Shown here: piece by piece, positions 23,811 through 36,710 of the stretch
Numbering within the stretch: position 1 is the first letter of the stretch
Layout: each line of letters begins with the position of its first letter
DNA from: Octopus bimaculoides
Taxonomy: Eukaryota
Assembly (NCBI RefSeq): GCF_001194135.2
Contig: NC_068986.1
Coordinates: 65,780,995 to 65,844,994, forward strand
Length of the DNA stretch: 64,000 bases
Direction of reading: 5' to 3'
The notes under the pieces: generated by a model
What the model was told of the DNA's origin: nothing
Seen by the model: only the letters and a program-made list of their open reading frames with translations
Database searches by the model: none
Program-made: the position numbers and the translations under genes

Positions 23811-25434
23811 ATGTATGTGTGTATGTATGTATGTATGTATGTATGTATGCATTTATATATATGTATATACAACTAGTATAAAATTGTTTGAAAATACATG
23901 GTAATATGTATTTCCTTTAGGATATATTAAATTTATTGTTGTTGCGATATTAGCCGTAAAGGCATATACCTGCATTTTTGCTGTGTATTAAAAAACCTGC
24001 AATAGAAGTTACATCTTTGCATTTTTCGATTATCCTCGAAAATCTGGTAGCATGCCTGCAGATCTCAACTGAGATACTTGTGCACTGAAACATAGTGGTT
24101 GAAAACGTTCATCCTTATCTCTTGCTAAGACAGTTTATCTCAGTTAATTCCGTCTAGCCAACTAGTACGAGATATGATACACTCTGTATCAGTTAGCTAG
24201 ACTGAAATATTTGAGGACTATATAGTATTATAGTTTAACATCAGACAAGTTTTTCCTTAATTTCTAGTCCCAAGATCAATTGCTCCCCGGTTACATCTGA
24301 AAAAAGGATTATTTACCTGCGTCTATTCTAGATAATCCCTTCATGCTACTCGAACCCTGAACATCGTAACCAATATTGTAAGCTTGTAAAGTCAACACTA
24401 TAGTTACTACTGAACAAGCTGATGGAGATGGAGATGGCTTAAAGTTAGTTATACATACATGTATACATACGTGTGTGTATATATGTATAGCTTTTACGAA
24501 CTGAAACATCAAGGGAGTACTGTAATAATACCGTGGCTGTTATTCTAGAGACTACATACAATTATTGTTAACGTTCTTGGGGGAATACATAAGTAATATC
24601 GTCATATTCAGCCAAAATATCATTAAATATAGAAAATCCACCATCTGTGAATTGTATGTGCACACTCACAGAAACACAAGCACGCACACTCTTACACACA
24701 CACACACACACTTACACATACACGTACACACACAAACACGTGCACACACACATACGCACGAACACGCACATACACATACATACACACACATTTACATATC
24801 TATGCGTATGTGTCTGTGTGTTCAAAATCTCTTTCAAGAAGTTTTTGGACAATAAACCACTTGACACTGAAATATGAGGAAGTAAGTTATTTATATATAN
24901 NNNNNNNNNNNNNNNNNNNNNNNNNNNNNNNNNNNNNNNNNNNNNNNNNNNNNNNNNNNNNNNNNNNNNNNNNNNNNNNNNNNNNNNNNNNNNNNNNNNN
25001 NNNNNNNNNNNNNNNATATATATACATATACTTACAGACACACACATACATATATATGTATATGAACACACGTATGGTGATATTGTCATCAGCAATAACA
25101 AAATGATTCATAATATCTTGATTAAAATAATATTCTAAAGACAAGACGTTACTAAAATTATGAATCAATCAAGCAAGCAAGCAAGTTAGTAGTGAGATAT
25201 AAAGTGCACATTATATGAACTAACTGGTATACACCAGTTACTTTATGAACCTCTACGTTCTAAGATCAAATCTGTGTGGAAACTATTTCGCTTTTGAATA
25301 TATTAGATTTATTTTTGTTGCGATATTTGAACTCAATATCGCAAGGTAATGTGTCCAGCGCTTTAGTGTTTCTGCTGTCCACGATCAAAAGTTCTGTATT
25401 GTATTAATGTACAGCACTGAATTATACATATGTA

Positions 25435-26716
25435 TCAGGTCATCCCATAAGTTCTGTCCGAATTTTGAATAAAGAAAACAAGTGATCAAATGTTATATTT
25501 AATTGAAATTTAATCATCAATGTACTTTCCCTGATTATCTATGACTTCCTTCCATGTATTTACAAGCTTTTTAATCCCATCAATGTAAAACTCTTTTGGT
25601 TTCAAAGCGAAGAACTCTGAAATGTCACTTTCGACCGCCTCCTGGTTTTCGAAAGTTATGACCCCCAAATGATTCTGTAAACTATGAAACAAATGGTAGT
25701 CTGAAGGAGCAAGGTCGGGAGAATAAGGTGGACGGGGAAATGTTTCCCAACCAAGCTCTTCGATCTTCTGTGATGTGATCTTTGCAGTATGGGTTCACGC
25801 ATTGTCCTGATGAAACATCATTCCTTTTCGATTCACTAAAGCGGGTCTTTTTTTTTCTTCAAAGCTTGGTTCAAACGCTCTAATTGCTGACAATAGACTT
25901 GAGCATTGATTGTTGGTTGCATTAAGTGGTAACAATTCAAAGTGAATTACTCCTTTGCAATCCCACCAGATAGCGAGAAGAACCTTTTTCCCAGGAAGTT
26001 CCCTTCTCAGTTGTGCTTGAGCTTTTCCCTTTTACCAAGCCACTGTTTACGACGTTTAACATTTCGATAGAAGATCCATTTTTCGTCACCAGTCACAAGT
26101 CTATCCAAAAAGGGTGAAATGAGTTCGCGAGAATGGAGAGAAAAGCAGATGTCAACTCGAAATTTGCGGTTGCTTTCGGATAATTCATGAGGCACCCATT
26201 TTCCAAGTTTAGGAGTTATTGAAGATGACGATGAACAGTTTTATGGTTTGAACTACGCTTTATTGCCAATTCTTCAATTGATAATGCAGGTTTTCTTCAA
26301 GTAATACCTCAAGGAGCTTATCATGAAACTCAACTGGACGGCCTGTTCGATCTTCATCTTCAAGGCTGAAATCTCCACTTCTGAATTTTGCAAACCATCT
26401 TCTGCAAGTTCTTTCATTCAAGCATTCTTTCTCATAAACTGAGTGTATGTTTCGAGTCGCTTTGGCTGCAGAGTTTCCTTTTTTGTACTCATAAAGCATT
26501 ATGTGCCTCAAATGCCCTTTGGATGCTTCCATGGTAGAAAGGGCTTTGATCAAAGAAATTTTAATTCTATTATTCTGTAAAATAATATTTAATTAGTTTA
26601 AATGTACACAGATACATAAAAATAATTTCTAATTCCATTAGACATTCTAAAATACTATTAAATTTTATATAATTTTCAAAAAAGGTAAAATCGGACAGAA
26701 CTTATGGATGACCTGA
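25435..26716 (-). mobile_element. Full-length (1282 bp) mariner, mellifera-like, TA-flanked
   Basis: TIRs TCAGGTCATCCCATAAGTTCTGTCCGAATTTT / AAAATCGGACAGAACTTATGGATGACCTGA, with TA at both ends. Confidence 0.95.
25510..26532 (-). pseudogene. Mariner DD34D transposase, frameshifted
   Basis: MEASKGHLRHIMLYEYKKG...WFAKFRSGDFSLEDEDRTGRP; MPHELS; VTGDEKW; HQDNA(R)PH; PYSPDLAPSDYHLFHSLQ; ...NQGKYIDD*. Split over several frames. Confidence 0.93.
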
Positions 26717-27303
26717 TATATTGCTTGCTTTATTTGTGACTGTCGTGCGTGTCTTCGGCCTTTCGTCTGGTATTTCCAACAAGTCGAGCAATGGTTTCCT
26801 GCTAGTCTAGTCTGTTGGTTTATCTAGTACAAATTTCGTTCATAATTTGTACGTTACTAAAATGAAAATTAAGACTTTAAACTTTGGCTATATTATTAGC
26901 AGCAGTTCACTTTTGACATATTTTTGGTAATGAAATGTATGGATGCGACAGGGTGTTTCCCTACAGATAAATGATTTACTTCGATACTTCCTTTCTCCGG
27001 ATGACACTTGTTATTTTATTTATCCTGCACTGCATACAGGGCCGGTGTGAAGCCATATGATATATGTAAGCATATGTTGAAGATATACATATATAGCAAG
27101 TCTAACTAATTCTCCGGAGACTGAAAAAGAGGCAAACAGCTTTAATCGATTTCGAAACCTTATTATGGGTCTCATCAGTGGTATTTGCTTTACTTGGTCA
27201 ATCCTAGAGATATAGGTAACCAATCTATTTATGTAGATAACACCTTTAGTAGCTTCTCATTCTTAATACATTCTTGATTGTTTTGGATCCTGAAAATACT
27301 ATT

Positions 27304-27351
<48 letters not shown>

Positions 27352-27454
27352 GTGTGTGTNNNNNNNNNNNNNNNNNNNNNNNNNNNNNNNNNNNNNNNNN
27401 NNNNNNNNNNNNNNNNNNNNNNNNNNNNNNNNNNNNNNNNNNNNNNNNNNNNNN

Positions 27455-27503
<49 letters not shown>

Positions 27504-27627
27504 TTGTCAGAGGCGGCAGTCGTCATCCGGGGAAAAATTACTTATTGAAATACAGTGTTTGAAAATTTACTTAGGAAATAGATGAAAGAAGACAGACCCT
27601 AAAACGATCACATATATACATACATAT

Positions 27628-28021
27628 AATTGATAAAATTGAAGTCAGCAAGAAGGAGTACGGTTGGACATTTATTTTCAATCACTACGCAAAGTAATTC
27701 TCCAGGCGGGCGTGCAGGTACTTGGTTATGCAACCGTTTCCCTGCATTTTGGGATCGAATGGTGCTTCCTAAGGCGATATGCAAATATTGTCTACGTAAT
27801 TTCAAATTCTCGGCTTGAAGAGCATTCTCTCTGTCAGTCGTGGCCTGAAGTTAGTAGTAGCCACTGAGTTTATCAAGGTCTGTTGCTGCTGAACGACCGC
27901 TGGCAAACGGTTGCATAATCAAGTACCTGCATGCCTGGAGAACTACGTTGCGTAGAAACAATAGAAGTGATTGAAAATAAATGTCCAACCGTACTCCTTG
28001 TTGACTCCAATTTTTTCAATT
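27628..28021. mobile_element. MITE-like element with ~120-bp imperfect TIRs
   Basis: AATTGATAAAATTGAAGTC..GGAGTACGGTTGGACATTTATTTTCAATCACT...GCAGGTACTTGGTTATGCAACCGTTT is mirrored at ~27905-28021. Confidence 0.8.
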
Positions 28022-28210
28022 GTCTATTCACACATGATAGAAGCCCAAACGCAAACCTGGAAGTACGTATAATATTACTACTGGATTGCACAAAGTAAAT
28101 CTGAAAGTGGATGAGTTTTTTGCTCTACTCTGCTACTTTCTTAACAGAAAATAACATGATTATACATACATACATACATACATACATACACACATACATA
28201 CACTTATAAA

Positions 28211-28246
<36 letters not shown>

Positions 28247-28716
28247 TTGTACTGTTCAGTGGTGATAAAATCTGGTGAGAGATAGATATTTCATAATCAC
28301 GATATGTGTTTTTATGTGCTAATATTTATATCATGCGATGAGAGCATGCCAGACAGTATTTTTTAACGCATCTCGTGTCAAGTTCTTGTTGATGAATTGG
28401 AAAGTACTACCTATTCTGGATTCTTAGATGCAGATTCTTGGTCACTATCTTATTTTAAGCTCAAAGGGGAAATAACTCTAATCCCACCGCCTTTTGCTTC
28501 TTTTCTACTTCCTTTTCGTTTTCCGGTCTTCAACCTTTCACCTTTCATATCTTCCTCTTTATCGCCTCTTCTCGCTTTTTCTCTCATTCTATCTTTAGCT
28601 TGTAATGTCATGTAGGAAGTGCATGAAGATTGCCCAGAGATACCAGACATGTGAAAAAGTACTGTGTGACATGCTTTCTTCCCATGAAACTAATATTAGA
28701 ACATAAAAACATATAT

Positions 28717-28757
<41 letters not shown>

Positions 28758-29936
28758 CATTCAGTGGGATTGAAAGAAAATACATGGTAAAAACATACAC
28801 TGTCAAGTCTTATGTAATACAGTGAGTTGCAAGTCTAAAATACAAAGAGACACTAAGGTGTTTCAATCTAAAATCAAGCCAGCTCGGTGACTCCAGTAAT
28901 GTATTTTTTTATTTTCTTTTTTAAAACTAAAACAAGGCAACTAGGAGTGGATCTTGTCTTTGAAACCAGCAGGCGAAAGCAACAGATATGATTCGTTCCT
29001 NNNNNNNNNNNNNNNNNNNNNNNNNNNNNNNNNNNNNNNNNNNNNNNNNNNNNNNNNNNNNNNNNNNNNNNNNNNNNNNNNNNNNNNNNNNNNNNNNNNN
29101 NNNNNNNNNNNNNNNNNNNNNNNNNNNNNNNNNNNNNNNNNNNNNNNNNNNNNNNNNNNNNNNNNNNNNNNNNNNNNNNNNNNNNNNNNNNNNNNNNNNN
29201 NNNNNNNNNNNNNNNNNNNNNNNNNNNNNNNNNNNNNNNNNNNNNNNNNNNNNNNNNNNNNNNNNNNNNNNNNNNNNNNNNNNNNNNNNNNNNNNNNNNN
29301 NNNNNNNNNNNNNNNNNNNNNNNNNNNNNNNNNNNNNNNNNNNNNNNNNNNNNNNNNNNNNNNNNNNNNNNNNNNNNNNNNNNNNNNNNNNNNNNNNNNN
29401 NNNNNNNNNNNNNNNNNNNNNNNNNNNNNNNNNTACAAGCATATATATATACATATGTGTGTGTGCGTGTGATTGCCAGAAAGTCAGAGACTGGAGTGAA
29501 GGATGCCGATATTTCGCCATTTTTCTGGCTTAACATCATGTATCCCGGTTCGATTTAGGTACGTGATGCTGATAAGCCACAAAAACGACGTGTTATCGGT
29601 ACCCATCACTTATGAATTCGATCGGAAGCAAGTTATCTCGCCTGCCTCTGACTATATATATATTGACTAAATTTATATATATATATATCCTGCTAATGTC
29701 CCTTATGAGTGGAACTCAGTTCAACATGCTGTGTTGCATCCATTTCGCCGTCTGGGTATCATCAGGTACATGCATACATAAAGCTGTGTCTCGCTAAAGA
29801 TCCTGCGTTTTGGTTGTCATGTTGTTATATGCCCGTCTTGTTAGGGAATGAAACATTGCTACAATTTTCAATTACTATTATCTTTCTATAAGAATTGCAA
29901 ACATTTGTAAATATAGGCAAATAACTGTTGATAAAG

Positions 29937-30102
29937 TGTTGTGTCGACGTCCCCAGGCGAAGACGTAGGATCTCCCAAGACATATAAATAGAGGTAGTCT
30001 GGCCATGGTAGGTGTATTGAGCAGCAGTCGAGTAGTAGTTGTGTAGCGGTTGAGTAGAGATCATCCGAAGGTGCTAGATAGCAGTAGTGTTGAGACATAA
30101 CA
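29937..30102 (+). mobile_element. Probable very short solo LTR (166 bp)
   Basis: Starts TGTTGTGTC and ends GACATAACA (9-bp inverted termini, 1 mismatch). Flanks TAAAG / TAAGG (5-bp TSD, 1 mismatch). Internal TATAAATAG. Confidence 0.5.
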
Positions 30103-30289
30103 TAAGGAAAAAGAAAGTGTGTTAAATATTTTCTTATGGCGGAAATTATCTACGCAATTACAAGGCAAGCTAAATTTTTGTTGTTGCTCTTGATGATATT
30201 TTTGTCGTTATGTTGTTTCTGCTGTTGATCAAAGAAAGATGTTCCAGCAATTACCATCCTCATTCTTGCATGCACCATGTATTTTTCCC

Positions 30290-30380
30290 TCCCTTTTCAA
30301 GATGATAGGCTGCAATTTAAGGAAGATTTAACTGCTATTTCCAGTAGACCGATCGACCGAGTAAAGGTCACCAAACTACT
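30290..30380 (+). repeat. Interspersed repeat fragment (AGATTT..CTGCTATTTC family); related pieces at ~14300-14380 (+) and ~52085-52180 (-)
   Basis: The shared motif GATTT(GG/AA)CTGCTATTTC(T/C)AG..G.TCGA.CGA recurs in the window. Confidence 0.55.
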
Positions 30381-30859
30381 CAGGCTGTCTTCCCTTGTCC
30401 CAACAACATAAACCATTGCAGTTGACGTGCTATGAACTACTATTCTGATGTGAATGACGGCTGTCGGTGCCATAATTCAGCTAATTGTGTCACTTAAAAC
30501 TTTTATAAAAACTAAACTGTAAATTGAACAGAAACCTTCACTTTACACAATTTCTGCAACTTTCATTCAAGACGAAATCGATATTATAATTGTTTAGGGA
30601 TTGATAAAAACAGAAGATAGGATAGTTAAAATGGGAAAATAGTACGAAAATACCATACAACAGTTAGGCAGCGATAACAGCAATGCTTTTATTTTTTTCT
30701 TGTTACTAATGCATATCTCATAATGAATATCCAATAATGCATTTGCAACAGTAAAGTTAGTACAAACGTTCGATCAACTTGATTGCACTTCAGGGATATC
30801 TTAGATATTACATAAATCCATAAAGTAATAACCTCAGGGGATTGATATTTCTATCGTAA

Positions 30860-30874
30860 CTGGAATTATTATTA

Positions 30875-30954
<80 letters not shown>

Positions 30955-31179
30955 GCGGCGGAGTGTTAGCAGAATTGTTAGAGCGTCGGGAGAAAATGCT
31001 TTGCGAGTATCTCTTCCGACTCCTTACGTTTTGTGTATAAAATCCGCCGCAGTCGACTTTGCCTTTCATCATATCGAGTTCGATAAAATAAGTACCAGTT
31101 GAGTGTTGGGGTTGATGTAATTGAGTTGTCCCACCACCATCACCACAACATTGCTGGTCTTGTGCCAAAATTAGAAACA

Positions 31180-31222
<43 letters not shown>
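30860..31222 (+). mobile_element. SINE family B copy (30953-31180) embedded between two (ATT)n tracts
   Basis: (ATT)n-GCGGCGGAGTGTTAGCAGAATTG...GTCGACTTTGCCTTTCATC...CTTGTGCCAAAATTAGAAAC-(ATT)n. Confidence 0.88.
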
Positions 31223-31322
31223 GCAAAAAAAAGAAGAGTGCCATTGTCATAAAGTGAACGATATTTCGAAATCTCGTGTGTCTTCCACAGAAACAAATAT
31301 TATTATTATTATTATCATGATT

Positions 31323-31500
31323 GCAAGGCAACGAGCTGACAGAATTGGTATTTCGTCCGTCTTTAGACTCTGGGTTCAAGTGCCGCTATGGTTGACTTTT
31401 CCCTTCATCCATTCGGGGTCGATAAAATAAGTACTAGTTGAGTACTGGGGTCGACTATTCCCCGCCTCCAAATTTCAGGCCTTGTGCCTTTAGTAGAATG
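31323..31500 (+). mobile_element. SINE family B copy, internally deleted
   Basis: AAGGCAACGAGCTGACAGAAT...GGGGTCGATAAAATAAGTACTAGTTGAG...GCCTTGTGCC. Confidence 0.8.
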
Positions 31501-32040
31501 AATAAAAAAATTTAAAAAAAGGAAATTCAGAAATTCAAAAATCCAACAAGGTGAACATATCTTCCTCCTACTATTCCCAAAGACTGGAATATCTACAATT
31601 TCCTGTAAATATTTTAAATCTCCCTCAAACTAAAATAAGTTAGAAAACGATTAGCTTAAAAATAAAACTTTAATATCTACAACTACCTGTCTTTTCCTTT
31701 CTCCCTGAGTATTCGAAAGTGTAAACACCATCCTCCTTTTTATTCTAAGAACACTACCATTTTTCTCTGTGCGGTCATACAAAAGACCATATTTAGTAAA
31801 TCTTAAAACTTTACTATCTGCAACTCGTTTTCGTTTCTTTTTGACTCTCCCTGAGTATTCGAAAATGTAAACAACCTTTTCATTGCAAAATTCCTGCTGT
31901 ATTCTCCAACTGCACAGACAAACGAACATCTCAAGTAAACTTTAAAACTTTAATATATTACCCAAATACGTAAATATACATTTTGTGGCAACAGCACAAC
32001 TGAATACAGAAATTCAAAGATTCAACGACGTGAATATCAG

Positions 32041-32074
<34 letters not shown>

Positions 32075-32639
32075 TTTTTTCTACCAGTAATTTCAAATAG
32101 AACTGGTTGAATTGCTTCTTTTCGGGGTCAGGGGAGGGCTCTCAGTGGTCACTGATAGTAGTAAACACATTTAACCTCTGCTGGTCCAAAGGGTGCGAAG
32201 ATTCTTTTGTCTCTATGGCTGACCTCCCCAGCATCTGCCGAATCTATTTATAGACCTGTAGATTATGATCTATTCACCAAGCTACTACCCAACTATTTCC
32301 TTCAACAACCTCATATTTATGATTATCTCTAGTACAAGACAAAAGTTGAAAATAAAGGACATTAAGTAAAATCTTTTAATAATAAATGGAAATAGTAATA
32401 ATGATAATAACAATGGTAGTGGTGGTGATGGTAATAATGATAAAATAGTAATAATAATAATATGCTGCGGTTGCTAATATTACAACTACTACTATTATGA
32501 TAGCACAGGAATCTGAGGCCCAACTACCACCCTTACCACTACCCCCACCGCTGCTAAAGTTGCTGGCACCACTGCTGCTACTACATATAAAAACAATAAT
32601 ATTAGTGATATCAGTGATGATGAGGATAATAATAATAAT

Positions 32640-32670
<31 letters not shown>

Positions 32671-32672
<2 letters not shown>

Positions 32673-35320
32673 GGAAACGGGTGGAGCCTCCTCCTCCTCA
32701 TGGGTTGATTAATGATACATCTAGTGTTGGTGTTACAATAAAAACACTGGTAATTGCGCAACCTGATATTCGCTTCCTCATATGAGTGACGAAGAAAAAA
32801 CAAAATATTGTGAATAACGGTGGTAATGAAACTGAAGCCAATGATGGCGAGAGCGTTACACCCGGTAGGCTCAGAGATTCTGGTCCGGCTCCAGCCTGTC
32901 GATATCCAGAAAGGGAGCACCACACACGGCGTAGATGGAGCAAGCAAATTAATGCTGTGGTCATGGAGTGTTACTACCTGAGCAGCCAGGTAGATGAAAA
33001 TAGCGCTCAAATTAGGGGTTACCGACAACGTATGTATGATCATTGGCGAGAAACGGGATTGTTTCAACTCACGGAACAGAGACTATGTGATCAAGCTAGA
33101 GCAATGAGAAAAAATTGTTGGTTCACAGATATAGAGCTCAAAACTATCAAAAGACGGATCATGGAAAATAGCAGCAGTGATAACAATGAAAATACAGTTC
33201 TTACTAATAAGAATAATCTCATAGCACAGGAAAGGAGCAGTAGTAGTTTACTTGATGAGAGACATATAGATGATCTAAAAGAAGACAATAAAACTAATAG
33301 TGACATGACATAAACAAAAGACAATCTACGACAGAATAAAAGTAAAACTACAGGAGAACGATAGCGACATTATTTGAAACTTTAAAAAGGTTTATCGATG
33401 GAAATTGAACCAAGAAGTAAAAATTGTCAATGAAATTCTGAAATACATTAGAACAAACAAGATCACAGAAACAAATAATTTGATCAAGGCAGCAAGTATT
33501 GTTGTAGCAGAGAACGTGGGTGTTGATGTCAAGAAAAAGTAACATAATTGGAGTGACAGAAGAAAAGATCCATAGTGGAAAAGAAGAATACAGGCAGGGT
33601 GAGATATGCTCTCGAAAGAAATCTCTGTGTTAGACCGAAAAGAGAAAGTGGGGGGGGGCTTAAAAGCGAACAAAAATACAGGGCGCTGAAATGGAAGTGT
33701 AATATTGAAAGTAAGGGCTTGAGAGTGGTAATGGAGGAACAAAAACAGCGCCTCATTGCAAAGAAAGCAAAGATGGTAAGATACGACCAAAGAATGAAGA
33801 ATTACCACAAGAATAGGCTATTCAGAGTAGATCAGAAGAGACTCTATAAAGAAGTAAATGGAGAGTGTACAGATGAAAAGTTGATACCAAATAACAATGA
33901 AAGTCAGAGGTTTTGGAGTGACATCTGGAGCAAAGACAAAGAGTACAGAAGGACGCTGAATGGTTGCAAGAACTGAAACAAACAGTAGTCTGTCCAAAAC
34001 AGGCAGAACTAGTAATTTCAGTTAGGGAAGTGAAGGAAATCAGCAAAAAAAAGTGAGCAGCTGGAAGACCCCGGGACCAGATGGAGTTCAAGGCTACTGG
34101 GTCAAAAGATTTGGCGAATGTCATGCACGAATAGCTGCGCAACTCGACAGCTTGTTAAATGCCGACCAAGTAATACCAGAGTGGTTGACATTGGGTAGGA
34201 CAGTGCTGTGCTTGAAACATCGAAAAAGGCAATACGGTAGACAATTACAGGCCGATATCCTGTTTGACACGTATGCGGAAGTTATTGACTGGAATACTCG
34301 CAGAGTCAATGTATGAACATCTGGAAAAGAATGGAGTCCTGCCACATGAGCAGAAAAGTTGCAAGCATAAGTGCAGAGGTACCAAGGATCAACTCCTGAT
34401 AGACAAAACTGTACTTAGAGACTGCAACGGTATAAAAGTAACTTAGCCATGTCATGGATCGACTATTATAAGGCGTACGATATGATCCCACAATCTTGGA
34501 TTATGGAGTGTATGAACATATTTGGTATTGCAACGAATGTTGAGCGATTGCCTGGTAAAAGTATGGCGAATTGGAGGACGCACCTGACAGCACACGGAAG
34601 AAGTTTAGGAACAGTAGAAATTAGGAGGGGCATCTTCCAAGTGGACTACCTTTCCCCACTGATCTTTGTACTGTGCTTGATACTACTAACACTGATTCTG
34701 AGGAAAGCGAAAGCTAGGTCTGTATTCAAAAGCCGCTAACAAAAAGTCAATCATTTGTTATTCATGGATGACCTCAAACTTTATGGTAAAGATGAAGCCT
34801 AAGTCAGTTCCCTCGATGATACGGTGTATATTTTCAGTGCTGATATCAGAGAGGCAAAATCAAATGTATGGACGGGCTAACGATACCGTCGGGGGAGGTT
34901 GTGAAGCAGATAGAAGAGACGGGCTATAAGTAGTTGGAGATTTTGGAAATGGATAAATTGATGGAGAAAGAAATGACAGAAAAATTTAAAGTGGAGTACT
35001 TGAGCAGATTGAGACTGAATTTTAAGTCAAAATTAAACGGACGGAATAAGATTGAAGTTATCAACACCTGGGTGGTTTCACTCCCTAGACATGGAGCAAG
35101 GATAATCGCATGGACAGTAGACGAACTAAAAAGCTTAGACAGAAAGACAAGGAAGTTGCTAACTAGATATGGGACACTCCACCCAAAACGTGACACAAAC
35201 AGAGTGTATGTACCAAGAAAAAGAGGGGGAAGAGGACTTATTGGATGCGAACACAGCATTAGAGCAGAAGAAAACAACATAGCATAGTATGTCAAAAATA
35301 CCACAGAACCGCTATTCTAA
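32671..35320 (+). mobile_element. R4/Dong-clade non-LTR retrotransposon, 5'-complete, 3'-truncated, frameshifted
   Basis: N-terminus RRRWSKQINAVVMECYY...GYRQRM..W...TEQRLCDQARAMRKN. RT motifs [69 protein letters not shown] (34761), thumb region PRKRGGRGL. Begins immediately after (TAA)n. Confidence 0.93.
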
Positions 35321-35324
35321 GATT

Positions 35325-35404
35325 ATGCATGCATGCATACATACATACATACATACATACATACATACATACATACATACATACATACATACATACATAC
35401 ACAT
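35325..35404. repeat. (TACA)n microsatellite
   Basis: Direct reading; abuts the truncated end of the Dong element. Confidence 0.97.
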
Positions 35405-35879
35405 TACTGAGTGTGCGTTTAAGTTGCAAACTGTTTCATTCCCAGTGGGATTTTACAAACATCAAAATAATTACCCTGAATTTTCAATAAATAAGGAACC
35501 GAATGGAAAGAGATGGGCAAGAAGGATGGCATGTGCATAAGAAGATGAGTAGATAGAGCTAAGTACTGACAAAAGTAAAAACAAAGGTTGCACACCATGT
35601 GGGATGAGCGAAGAATAAGAGAAATTAATATATTGGTAAGTTTGAAAAGTAAGTAACTGTTACGATTGGTTGTCCTGGGAACTAATTGGAATGGGTGAAG
35701 ATTTTTGAAAAGCGTCTGAGGAATGTTGGTTGTTAGAGGAAAGGTAATAATTTTATTACTTGGTTAAAACTGTTAAGTGTTCGTAAACGACTGTTAATGG
35801 AATTACGATTTTGGTTTCAAAGTTTGGCTCATGGCCAACAGATTCGTTGTAAGTCTTCAACTTTTATCTCTTCAGTAAA

Positions 35880-36088
35880 ACTTCAGCATTTAAACTGGCT
35901 ATATCTAGCCGAAATGTTTTACCTCTTTTATAGCGAAATCGGCCGTATCCAGCCTCTCAAACCTATACTACCATGTCATTCTAATAATAAACAATCTTGA
36001 AGCTACAAAATGATGCATGATTAATTCCAAAGAAATGTGACTAAATAAAACTACTTTTCACAGAATCATTTTAATTCTAAAGGGTTAA
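35880..36088. mobile_element. piggyBac-type non-autonomous element (right end CTAAAGGG-TTAA)
   Basis: Ends TCTAAAGGGTTAA. The body (GCATTTAAACTGGC...CAGCCTCTCAAACCTA...ATGCATGATTAATTC) matches a recalled octopus MITE. The left TIR is decayed. Confidence 0.6.
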
Positions 36089-36301
36089 CATTTAATGCTT
36101 AATTATTGCATCTTATATTAGCTACATATACAATAATAGCATTCATAATCATAATCATTCGTCTAATTTTTTCACGTTTTGAAACTTATTAACCATGATC
36201 TTTTAAACACCATTTATTCCCATATGGTTCATTTCAATACCTTGGGATCTTCTTCAGCCACTTGGTTATACCACTATATGTTATTAATATCTTAATTCCA
36301 T

Positions 36302-36430
36302 TAAGGCGGCGAGCTGGCAAAATTGTTAGCACGCGGGGCAAAATGATTAACGGCATTCCTTCCGTCTTTGCGGTCTTAGTTCAAATACTGAAGAAGTTGA
36401 TTTTACCCTTCGGGGTCGAAAACCGCCTAA
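36302..36430 (+). mobile_element. SINE family B 5' fragment
   Basis: AAGGCGGCGAGCTGGCAAAATTGTTAGCACGC...GTTCAAATAC. Confidence 0.8.
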
Positions 36431-36532
36431 TCATCAGGGTTCTCCAAAATGAGAGGAAAATGCTGAATAAATAAATATCCAAAATTCTTAATAACTCTTT
36501 TTCCTTTATATAAATACAGGAGTGGTTGTGTA

Positions 36533-36710
36533 GGCGCAGGCATGGCAGTGTGGTAAGAAGCTTGCTTCCTAACCAGATGGTTCAGGGTTCAGTCACACTG
36601 CATTGCACGTTAGGCAAGTGTCTTCTACTGTAACCTCGGGCCGACCAAAGCCTTGTGAGCGGATTTGGATTTGGTAGAAGGAAACTGAATGACGCTTGTC
36701 GTTTATATAT
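36533..36710 (+). mobile_element. SINE family A 5' half (tRNA-like head)
   Basis: GGCGCAGGCATGGCAGTGTGGTAAGAAGCTTGCTTCC...GGGTTCAGTCAC...GGGCCGACCAAAGCCTTGTGAG, ending at (TA)n. Confidence 0.87.

Noticed and set aside
28874-29539. Long ORFs spanning N-runs (also 4733-5323, 55343-56183, 56752-57358)
   Set aside because: They are open only because Ns translate as X.
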